64,000 nucleotides of DNA from an uncultured Elusimicrobia bacterium (GTDB lineage: Bacteria > Elusimicrobiota > Elusimicrobia > 2-01-FULL-59-12). This document shows, piece by piece, positions 1 to 7,272 of the stretch. Position 1 is the stretch's first letter, and the number at the start of each line of letters is the position of its first letter. The notes below the pieces were generated by a model. It saw only the letters and a program-made list of their open reading frames with translations. It searched no databases and was not told where the DNA came from. Made by a program: the position numbers and the translations under genes. The DNA lies in assembly GCA_963702895.1 (NCBI GenBank), contig OY969767.1, forward strand, positions 234,506-298,505, written 5' to 3'.

Positions 1-763
1 TCCAGGCCGGGCACAGGGGCTTGTATTCGCACCATTCACAGAGGCGGCTCGTGCGGACCTCCCACCGGCCGAGCTTTCTTTCTTCCTCGATCTGCCGGAT
101 GAGACCGATCACCTCCCGCTCAAGCGAGGCAAGGTCGGTTTCGGAGCGAGACGAGACGATATCTTTGTCGAAGGCGAGGTAATGCCAAATGAGCTTGACT
201 CGTTTGGCATCGGGCCAGCGCTGTTGAATGCCGAGGTGATAGAGCGCGAGCTGCCGGTCTTCATCGGCCTCTTCCTGCGTGGGCAGGGTGTTGCCCGTCT
301 TGTAGTCGTGAATCTCATACGTTTCCGTCGCGGGGTCCCAGGAGAGCCGGTCCATATAGCCCAGGACGGCATAGCTTTGGTCTCCATCCTTGAGTTTCAT
401 TTCAATGCGTTCTTCAAGTCCGACGGTCCGCGACTGGTCAAACGGTCTGAAACGGTTGTAGTAGTCTTTGAGGCAGCGCTTTCCAAGCTCAAAATAATGT
501 CCGGGCGTGATGCCTTCGCGCACCACTTGGATCTTGCCGTGCCAATTCTTTTCCCATTCCCTTTCGTAGAACTGCAGGAGATCTTCCAAAGGGAGGAGCT
601 TCGCAATTTTTAAATCACGGTAGAGCTTTTCCAAGGCTTCGTGGACCCGCTTGCCGAGGAAGGCTTCAACCCCTTCCGTTTCGGTGCGGATATTATCGAC
701 ATAGCGGAATTTGTATTTCTGGGGACATTGCTCAAAGGTCTCGATGCGGGAATTGGAATACAT
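1..763 (-). CDS. PD-(D/E)XK nuclease superfamily protein (Cas4/RecB/AddB-like), 3' end truncated by window edge
   Basis: Not in the ORF track because it has no stop in the window. Reverse-strand translation starts MYSNSRIETFEQCPQKYKFRYVD (PDDEXK_1 N-terminal motif), continues GYMDRL...EIHDYKTG (D...ExK core) and ends CEWCEYKPLCPAW (Cas4-like Cys cluster). ATG at 763-761. Confidence 0.7.
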   Translation of the reverse strand, partial: MYSNSRIETFEQCPQKYKFRYVDNIRTETEGVEAFLGKRVHEALEKLYRDLKIAKLLPLEDLLQFYEREWEKNWHGKIQVVREGITPGHYFELGKRCLKDYYNRFRPFDQSRTVGLEERIEMKLKDGDQSYAVLGYMDRLSWDPATETYEIHDYKTGNTLPTQEEADEDRQLALYHLGIQQRWPDAKRVKLIWHYLAFDKDIVSSRSETDLASLEREVIGLIRQIEEERKLGRWEVRTSRLCEWCEYKPLCPAW

Positions 764-823
764 AGGCCTATTTCATTATAAAATCTCATCCATGAGGAAC
801 CTAATCCGACTACGTTTTATTTC

Positions 824-898
824 GTCATCCCGGCGAAAGCCGGGATCCATCATGTTCTTTGCATCGATGATAGACCCCGGCTTCCGCCGGGGTGACGT
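824..898. repeat. REP-like dual-hairpin palindromic element, copy 1
   Basis: gtcatcccggcgaaagccgggatccatcatg...gatagaccccggcttccgccggggtgacg. Two GC hairpins around a catcat/atgat core. Sits in the divergent promoter region between the nuclease and M48 genes. Confidence 0.85.
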
Positions 899-908
899 CT
901 GCGTTGTG

Positions 909-1646
909 ATGCTATGCCTGGTCGCGGCGCTCCTGACGGGATGCGCGACGGTGCCCTACACGCAGCGTCGTCAGTTTAATCTCCTCTCACAAGCGGAAGA
1001 AGACCAGATGGGCGCCCAGGCCTACGCGGAGGTGAAAGCCAAGAGTCCTTTGTCCAAAGATGCCGGCCTCAAGGCGCTTGTCAGGCGCGTGGGAGAGCGC
1101 ATCGCGGCCGTCGCGGACAGGCCTAAGTTTCAATGGGAGTTCGTCGTCATTGACGAGCCCAAGACCTTAAACGCCTTTTGCCTGCCGGGAGGGCGCGTGG
1201 CTGTCTATACGGGAATACTCCCGGTGACCCAAGACGAAACGGGTCTTGCGGTCGTGATGTCGCATGAGGTGGCCCACGCCTTGGCGCGGCACGGAGCAGA
1301 ACGCATGAGCCAGCAGATGGCCGTGGGACTGAGCGAACAACTGGCGGTCAACGCGGGACTGATTAAGAGTCCAACAGGGATGCAAATCTTTGAGATGGCC
1401 TATGGCATCGGGGTCGGCCTTCCCCATAACCGCAGCCAGGAAAAAGAAGCTGACAGGATCGGACTTATTCTCATGGCGAAGGCGGGATACGACCCTCGTG
1501 AAGCCATCCCCTTTTGGCAGCGCATGAAAGCGGCGGCTGGAGGACAAAAGCCTCCCGAATTTCTCTCCACACACCCCTCGGACGACACACGCATCCAAAA
1601 AATACGCGAAGCTCTTCCTGAAGCCCTCACCTACTACAAACCGTAA
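909..1646 (+). CDS. M48 family zinc metallopeptidase, lipoprotein (BepA/LoiP/YcaL-like)
   Basis: HEVAHALARHG (HExxH) zinc motif and lipobox LLTGCA. The ORF-track start at 711 runs through REP copy 1, so the true start is probably the ATG at 909. Confidence 0.85.
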   Translation: MLCLVAALLTGCATVPYTQRRQFNLLSQAEEDQMGAQAYAEVKAKSPLSKDAGLKALVRRVGERIAAVADRPKFQWEFVVIDEPKTLNAFCLPGGRVAVYTGILPVTQDETGLAVVMSHEVAHALARHGAERMSQQMAVGLSEQLAVNAGLIKSPTGMQIFEMAYGIGVGLPHNRSQEKEADRIGLILMAKAGYDPREAIPFWQRMKAAAGGQKPPEFLSTHPSDDTRIQKIREALPEALTYYKP

Positions 1647-1790
1647 CGGAGTATCGGAGTAACGGGGTATCGGAGTAACGGAGTAACGGGGTATCGGAGT
1701 AACGGAGCAACGGCGCGCTGGTGTTTTGGCATAACAACTCATCATGGAGCTTTGACTCCGACACTCCGATACGCCGATACTCCGATACGT
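1647..1790. repeat. Inverted array of 8-bp units (GTAWCGGR x8, spacer, YTCCGATA x4)
   Basis: cggagtatcggagtaacggggtatcggagtaacg... then ctccgacactccgatacgccgatactccgatacg. Begins 1 nt after the M48 stop codon. Predicted to form a long imperfect hairpin. Confidence 0.8.
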
Positions 1791-1801
1791 TCTTTGTTGG
1801 A

Positions 1802-2278
1802 TTAGAAGCGGGCGGTGAAGGACAGCATTGTGGCAGCGCTTTTGGCTGGCAGACGCGACATGTACACGACATAGTCTCCCATGGAGCTCGCTTCCCAGTC
1901 TGAAAGAGCGAGCGTCGGAGAGTGCAACAGAGGAAGATCGATACGGGTAGAAAAGGAAGCTACGGGGGTTGTGTAGCTTACCCCCAACCTACAGGCCCGG
2001 TTTTTGCCTTTCGAACGGGAACGCTGGCCGATATGATCGATTCGCAGCTGATCAGCGGAAAGCCTCATCGTGTAGCCATCTCCGAAGAGAAAGGTCCGCG
2101 GAATTTCGCTGAGAAATGGAATTTTGTCGATCAGATCTTCGGGCCTCTGGTAGCGAGATTCCTGGGTTTTGACCTGAGCGGTGTAATCGACCACTTCTCC
2201 ATGAGAGCGGGAGACCGCGAGAAACCAGCCCGCGGCGATCACATAGATCCAGGCAATATACTTACGCTTAACTTTCAT
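1802..2278 (-). CDS. hypothetical protein with N-terminal signal/TM segment; C-terminus ends in Phe (outer-membrane-like)
   Basis: 158-aa ORF with hydrophobic N-terminus IAWIYVIAAGWFLAV and C-terminal ...SFTARF. Confidence 0.35.
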   Translation of the reverse strand: MKVKRKYIAWIYVIAAGWFLAVSRSHGEVVDYTAQVKTQESRYQRPEDLIDKIPFLSEIPRTFLFGDGYTMRLSADQLRIDHIGQRSRSKGKNRACRLGVSYTTPVASFSTRIDLPLLHSPTLALSDWEASSMGDYVVYMSRLPAKSAATMLSFTARF

Positions 2279-2353
2279 TGTGAGCTAAGGATAACAAATT
2301 CTTGTTACGAAGACATTGCTCTCATGTGAACTTTAGGTTAAATCTCGTAAAGC

Positions 2354-2377
2354 AAAAAACCCTCTATTTCTAGAGGG
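2354..2377 (-). terminator. Rho-independent terminator downstream of the rbp gene
   Basis: On the minus strand: 7-bp stem ccctcta / tagaggg with a 4-nt loop, followed by T6. A second hairpin ccgccagacg/cgtctggcgg lies at 2396-2420. Confidence 0.7.
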
Positions 2378-2484
2378 TCTTTGCACGGCGTCATCCGCCA
2401 GACGTTCAGACGTCTGGCGGATCCACCATGATAGTAAGAGCAATGATGGCCCCCGCTTACAGCATGCGGGGGTGACAAAATGCC

Positions 2485-2856
2485 TTAGTAGCGGTCCCGG
2501 CCGTATCCTCCGCCGTAGCCACCGCGGCTTGAACCGCCGCCGTAGCCACCGCGGCTTGAACCGCCGCCGAATCCGCCGCGGCCACCGCCGCCGGAACCCG
2601 TGCGCTCAGGGCGTGGGCGGGCTTCGTTGACAACGAGTTCCCGGTCTCCTACCTTGGATTTATTCATTTTCTCGATGGCGGCTTTCGCCTCATCGTCAGA
2701 GTTCATCTCGACAAAACCGAAACCGCGGGAGCGGCCGGTGTTGAAGTCGGTGATGAGTTTGGCCGAAGAAACCTGGCCATGAACTGAAAAAAGCTCATGA
2801 AGCTGGTCTTCGGATACGTCGAAGGGAAGGTTCCCTACATACAGTCTTTTTGACAT
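2485..2856 (-). CDS. rbp: RNA-binding protein, RRM domain with Gly-rich C-terminal tail
   Basis: RNP1 RGFGFVEM, RNP2 LYVGNL, and an (S/G)RGGYGGG repeat tail. Confidence 0.95.
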   Translation of the reverse strand: MSKRLYVGNLPFDVSEDQLHELFSVHGQVSSAKLITDFNTGRSRGFGFVEMNSDDEAKAAIEKMNKSKVGDRELVVNEARPRPERTGSGGGGRGGFGGGSSRGGYGGGSSRGGYGGGYGRDRY

Positions 2857-2990
2857 GGTTGTTGTGTGTCTCCTAGTTTGTTGAATTGCCGATCAAAGTG
2901 CGATATCCAAGGTAGGCCAAAAAACTGCAGCGAACAGGGAATCAAGCCTTCGAAGCGGGTACGACAAAGTCATTCTACTATATATTGAGC

Positions 2991-3310
2991 GTGATTAAGT
3001 GATTAGGTGATTAAGTGATTTGGGTAAGGCGTGCTGATAGCAGTAAGGGTTCTGTTGGGACTGGAGAGCATAACACAAGGATGTTCCCCTAACCAGAAAT
3101 CTTCGGTTCATTATGCCTCATCGTCTGAACTCGATGCACTTTATTGTGCCGTCACCCCGGCGAAAGCCGGCCCTCCAGACGCCGGGCGGGCCGGGTCGCC
3201 GGACTTGTGGAGACCCGGGGTCCAGTTCAACGACGATGGACTGGATCCCGGTTTTCACCGGGATGACGACTACTGCAGATTCCCGGCTAATCACCTAATC
3301 ACTTAATCAC
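2991..3310. mobile_element. MITE-like element with 22-bp perfect terminal inverted repeats built from GTGATTA-like heptamers
   Basis: Left TIR gtgattaagtgattaggtgatt at 2991-3012; right TIR aatcacctaatcacttaatcac at 3289-3310. The interior holds a degenerate REP-like copy (3151-3268) and only the spurious ORF 3031..3306. Confidence 0.5.
3151..3268. repeat. REP-like element, expanded/degenerate copy 2 (inside MITE-like element)
   Basis: gtcaccccggcgaaagccgg...ggatcccggttttcaccgggatgacg. Confidence 0.7.
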
Positions 3311-3328
3311 GCCCAGAAATCACGCCCA

Positions 3329-4774
3329 TCACGCCAATTTCTTTGCCAGGATTTGGTTGGCAAGCTGGGGATTGGCTTTGCCCTGGCTTTTCTTCATCAC
3401 AAGACCCACCAAGGATCCGAGGGCGCGTTCTTTGCCGCCTTTGTACTCTTCGACCGCTTTGGGCATCTCCTGGATCGCCTCATCGCACCATTTGCTGATG
3501 GCGCCTTCGTCCGCGACTGCCGTGAGACCTTTGGTTTTCACAATCTTCTCGGGCGAGCCGCCCGTATCAAACATTTCACTAAAGACATCCTTGGCTGTTT
3601 TGCCCGTGATGGTCCCCTTTTGAATAAGCCCCACGAGCTCGGCCAGGGCCTCGGGAGAGACGGGAGATTCCGAAATGGTCTTTTTGGCGGCGTTGAGCTT
3701 GCCGGCCAGCTCGGTCGTGATCCAGTTGGAGACGGGTTTGGCGGCGCCTGGTCCTGATTTTGCTACGGCGGCTTCAAAATAGGCTGCCAAGGCCTTGTCG
3801 CCCACCAGGACCATCGCGTCGTACTCCGTCAATTGATACGCACTGACGAATCGGGCTTTCTTCTTTTCGGGAAGTTCTGGGAGTGTCGCCCGGATCCCGT
3901 CCAGGAAGGCAGAGGTCAGGTTGATCGGAATAAGGTCGGGCTCCGGGAAATAGCGGTAGTCATGGGCCTCTTCTTTGGACCGCATGCTCTCCGTGACGCC
4001 GCGGGCCTCATCCCAGAGCCTCGTCTCCTGGATGATGCGTCCTCCGGAGCCCAGCACTTCCTGCTGGCGCTTGATCTCATAGTGAAGGGCCTCTTTCACG
4101 GCTTTAAAGGAGTTTAAATTTTTGATCTCGGCTTTGGTCCCCAGGATTTTCTGGCCCACCGGGCGAAGTGAGATGTTGGCGTCACACCGCAAGGACCCTT
4201 TTTCCATATCGCAGTCGGAGATATCGAGGTACTGGAAGACCGCTTTGAGCGCGGTGAGATACACATAGGCTTCTTCGGGACTGGCCATGTCCGGCTCGGA
4301 GACACATTCGGCCAGCGGCACGCAGGCCCGGTTTAAGTCCACGAGCGAGTAGTCGAGCTCACGCGCGCCGATGGCATGGAGAAGTTTCCCGGCGTCTTCT
4401 TCCATGTGGATCCGGTGGATGCGGATGGTCTTGGGCTTTCCACCGTCACCGAGGATATCGATCTTGCCGCTGCGCGCCAGCGGCAAATCGTATTGAGAGA
4501 TCTGATAGGCCTTGGGCAGGTCCGGATAGAAATACTGTTTGCGGGAAAAGACCGAGTGGGAGGCAATTTCGCAGCCCAGGCCAAGCCCCGCCCGCACCAG
4601 GAGCTCCACCGCCTTCTTGTTCAGGTAGGGGAGCACGCCGGGGTGCCCCGTACAGACAGGGCAAATCTGGGAATTGGGCTCTGCTCCGAAGCGGGTCGAG
4701 CAGCGGCAGAAGAGTTTCGACTCCGTCTTCAGCTGGACATGGACTTCTAATCCAATCACGGGCTCTAAGGTCAT
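3329..4774 (-). CDS. gatB: Asp-tRNA(Asn)/Glu-tRNA(Gln) amidotransferase subunit B
   Basis: 481 aa; N-terminus MTLEPVIGLEVHVQLKTESKLFCRC... and overall GatB architecture. Confidence 0.95.
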   Translation of the reverse strand: MTLEPVIGLEVHVQLKTESKLFCRCSTRFGAEPNSQICPVCTGHPGVLPYLNKKAVELLVRAGLGLGCEIASHSVFSRKQYFYPDLPKAYQISQYDLPLARSGKIDILGDGGKPKTIRIHRIHMEEDAGKLLHAIGARELDYSLVDLNRACVPLAECVSEPDMASPEEAYVYLTALKAVFQYLDISDCDMEKGSLRCDANISLRPVGQKILGTKAEIKNLNSFKAVKEALHYEIKRQQEVLGSGGRIIQETRLWDEARGVTESMRSKEEAHDYRYFPEPDLIPINLTSAFLDGIRATLPELPEKKKARFVSAYQLTEYDAMVLVGDKALAAYFEAAVAKSGPGAAKPVSNWITTELAGKLNAAKKTISESPVSPEALAELVGLIQKGTITGKTAKDVFSEMFDTGGSPEKIVKTKGLTAVADEGAISKWCDEAIQEMPKAVEEYKGGKERALGSLVGLVMKKSQGKANPQLANQILAKKLA

Positions 4775-4793
4775 AATTGATTAACTCTATGAC

Positions 4794-4857
4794 GTCACCC
4801 CGGCGAAAGCCGGGGTCCATCATGATGGATTCCGGCTTACGACCGCCGGAATGACGG
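4794..4857. repeat. REP-like element copy 3
   Basis: gtcaccccggcgaaagccggggtccatcatgatggattccggcttacgaccgccggaatgacgg, between the NUDIX stop and the gatB start. Confidence 0.85.
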
Positions 4858-4859
4858 TC

Positions 4860-5312
4860 TTATGTTTTTGCAGCCGCCAACTTCAATAGCAGCTTCTTGT
4901 CCGACTTATAGGTCACTCTCTGTCTCGCCTCGGCCAGCGAGACCCACTCGGTTTCCAGAATTTCTTCGGTGTCATGCGACCCGGTTTTGCTTAAGGGCTT
5001 CATCAAGAACCAGGTGACGGTCTTCTTTGTGGTTTGGCCATCTCGCTGAAAATAATATTGAACCCGCTCCAAAGGCTTCATCACTTCGCAGGCATAGCCC
5101 GTTTCCTCCTCGACTTCGCGCAGCGCCGCCTGCTGGGCGCTTTCCCTTTTTTCAATGTGGCCTTTCGGGAAAGTCCACACGACTTTCCCTTCCAGGTTCT
5201 GGACCCGCACCATGAGAAGCGCCGCCCCGTCCTGGACCACGCCGCCCGCGGAATACTCAAACCGCGACGGGGGGGGGCCTCCAGACGGCCGGCGGACGCC
5301 CGTCTTACTCAT
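4860..5312 (-). CDS. NUDIX hydrolase
   Basis: Nudix box GHIEKRESAQQAALREVEEETGY. The ORF-track N-terminal extension overlaps gatA. The likely start is the ATG at 5312 (MSKTGVRR...), which overlaps the gatA stop as AATGAGTAA. Confidence 0.85.
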   Translation of the reverse strand: MSKTGVRRPSGGPPPSRFEYSAGGVVQDGAALLMVRVQNLEGKVVWTFPKGHIEKRESAQQAALREVEEETGYACEVMKPLERVQYYFQRDGQTTKKTVTWFLMKPLSKTGSHDTEEILETEWVSLAEARQRVTYKSDKKLLLKLAAAKT

Positions 5313-6780
5313 TAGAAGAGAGGAAAACGGGCGCCTTTTGGTTCCAGTGCTGAGTTTCTTCATAGTGATGCGCGGCGGACAGGATCGTCCCTTCTTCGAA
5401 AGGGCGTCCCAAAAGCTGTAATCCAATCGGGAGGCCCGTTTGGGTGAAGCCGCAAGGCAAAGATAAGCCCGGCAACCCGGCGAGGTTGCAGGAGATCGTA
5501 AAGATATCGGACAGATACATCCGCAAGGGGTCCGCTGACTTTTCTCCGACCTTAAAAGCGGGTGAGGGACTGGTCGGCGTGGCGATGAGGTCCACTTCTT
5601 TGAAGGCTCGATCAAAATCTTCCTTCACCAGGGTGCGGACTTTTTGCGCCTTGGCGTAATAGGCGTCATAGTAGCCGGAGGAAAGCGCGTAGGTGCCGAT
5701 CATGATGCGACGCTTCACTTCCGGTCCGAACCCTTCGCCGCGACTTTTCTCATAGAGCTCGAGCAGGTTCTTCACGTCTTTGGCCCGGCGGCCATACCGG
5801 ACGCCGTCAAAGCGGGAAAGGTTGGAGCTCGCCTCCGAAGGCGCCAGGATGTAGTAGACCGCCAGGCCATAATCCGTGTTGGGCAGAGAAATCTCCCGCG
5901 TTGTGGCGCCGAAGCTTTCGAAGGTCCTGATCGCTTCACGGACGGCTCGATCAATTTCCGGGTCCGTCCCGCTGATGAAATATTCTTTCGGCAAGCCGAT
6001 GCGCAGGCCTTTCAGTGACTTTTCAAGTCCCGCGACGTAATCCGGGACCCTGTGGTTGACGCTTGTGGAATCCCGGTCATCAGGACCGGAGATGACTTGC
6101 AGAAGGAGTGCCGAGTCTTTGGCGGTCGTGGCGAAGGGGCCAATCTGGTCTAAAGAGGAAGCAAAAGCGATGAGGCCAAAGCGTGAGACCCGTCCGTAGG
6201 TTGGTTTAAGGCCCAACACGCCGCAGAGCGCGGCCGGCTGTCGGATGGAGCCGCCTGTATCAGAGCCCAGGGCGAGCGGGGCCATCCGCGCGGCGACGGC
6301 CGCCGCGCTTCCGCCCGAAGAACCTCCCGGGATGCGGCTTGCGTCCCAGGGGTTTCGGGTCGTATGGAAAGCGGAGTTTTCTGTCGAGGAACCCATGGCG
6401 AACTCGTCCATATTGGTGCGGCCCAAGAAGACCGCCCCCGCCGAGCGCAATTTGCGGATGACGGTGGCATCGTAGGTGGCGGTAAAGCCTTCGAGGATCT
6501 TGGATGAGCAGGTGCAGCGCTCTCCGCGGATGAGCATGTTGTCTTTGATGGCGATGGGGACTCCGGCCAAAGGACCCACAGGCTCGCCCTTGGCGATCTT
6601 GGCGTCAACGGTTTTGGCTTGCCCAATGGCCCGGTCCGCGAAGACCTCATTGAAGGCTTTCATTTTGGGGTCGAGCGATTTGATCCTCTCGAGATAAGCG
6701 ACCGTCACCGCCTCCGCCTTCACCTCTTGGGAGCGGACCTTTGCGGCTATCCCAGTGGCAGTAAGAGAGGTAAAGCTCAC
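5305..6780 (-). CDS. gatA: Glu-tRNA(Gln) amidotransferase subunit A (amidase family)
   Basis: 491 aa with the amidase-signature GGSSGGSAAAVAA. Confidence 0.95.
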   Translation of the reverse strand: MSFTSLTATGIAAKVRSQEVKAEAVTVAYLERIKSLDPKMKAFNEVFADRAIGQAKTVDAKIAKGEPVGPLAGVPIAIKDNMLIRGERCTCSSKILEGFTATYDATVIRKLRSAGAVFLGRTNMDEFAMGSSTENSAFHTTRNPWDASRIPGGSSGGSAAAVAARMAPLALGSDTGGSIRQPAALCGVLGLKPTYGRVSRFGLIAFASSLDQIGPFATTAKDSALLLQVISGPDDRDSTSVNHRVPDYVAGLEKSLKGLRIGLPKEYFISGTDPEIDRAVREAIRTFESFGATTREISLPNTDYGLAVYYILAPSEASSNLSRFDGVRYGRRAKDVKNLLELYEKSRGEGFGPEVKRRIMIGTYALSSGYYDAYYAKAQKVRTLVKEDFDRAFKEVDLIATPTSPSPAFKVGEKSADPLRMYLSDIFTISCNLAGLPGLSLPCGFTQTGLPIGLQLLGRPFEEGTILSAAHHYEETQHWNQKAPVFLSSNE

Positions 6781-6814
6781 GACAAGTTCACCATTCCGTA
6801 TAAATCTGAATTGC

Positions 6815-6901
6815 CGTCACCCCGGCGGATTGTTAGCCGGGGTCTATCATGAGCATTAAAAGAGATGATGGATCCCGGCTTGCGGCATGCCGGGATGACG
6901 G
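6815..6901. repeat. REP-like element copy 4
   Basis: gtcaccccggcggattgttagccggggtctatcatgagcatt...gatggatcccggcttgcggcatgccgggatgacgg, between gatC and gatA. Confidence 0.85.
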
Positions 6902-6936
6902 CAAGAGACCCAGGATACGTGAACGGAATATTCAAG

Positions 6937-7239
6937 TTATTCAATTACTTTCTTCACTTTGAAGAGCGGCCCTTCTCGTTCGGGAGCGTTGGCGAGAATC
7001 TCCTCTGGCGATCCGAGGGTTTGGGCGACGCTGGGCTCGCATTGGTCTTCACGCCAGACGTTTGAAAGCGGCAGGACGTGGCTCGTGGGGGCCACATTCT
7101 CTGTGCTGAGTGTGCTCATCTTTTCAATGTAGGTTAAGATTTGACCCAGCTGTTGGGTGTAGCGCTCTTTCTCGTCTTCCGAGAGCGCGAGTCTCGCCAA
7201 GCGCGCGACGTGCTCCACTTCCTTGCGGGTGATGTTCAT
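6937..7239 (-). CDS. gatC: Glu-tRNA(Gln) amidotransferase subunit C
   Basis: 100 aa; MNITRKEVEHVARLARLALSEDEKERYTQQL is typical GatC. Confidence 0.9.
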   Translation of the reverse strand: MNITRKEVEHVARLARLALSEDEKERYTQQLGQILTYIEKMSTLSTENVAPTSHVLPLSNVWREDQCEPSVAQTLGSPEEILANAPEREGPLFKVKKVIE

Positions 7240-7272
7240 GGCGTGTATTTTATTAGAAAAGACGCGATGGCG

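Noticed and set aside
109-613. ORF-track ORFs 182..613 (+) and 109..387 / 397..606 (-)
   Set aside because: They lie within or antisense to a continuous, motif-rich minus-strand reading frame (the PD-(D/E)XK nuclease). They have no recognisable motifs and are shadow ORFs typical of high-GC DNA.
1647-1790. Possible CRISPR array (short direct repeats)
   Set aside because: The units are 8 bp with no unique spacers and the two halves are inverted, so this is not CRISPR architecture. No cas genes are present apart from the unrelated Cas4-like nuclease fold.
3031-3306. 91-aa and 61-aa ORFs inside the MITE-like element
   Set aside because: They are composed of REP-like and TIR sequence, have low complexity and no RBS. 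They are products of the repeat, not genes.
2279-3328. tRNA or other structured RNA in intergenic regions
   Set aside because: I scanned the larger intergenic regions (2279-2484, 2857-3328, 19267-19365, 30178-30372, 37482-37591, 43010-43131, 62000-62166, 63809-64000) by eye for T-loop GTTCRANYC motifs and found none. tRNAscan or Infernal would be needed to exclude small RNAs.
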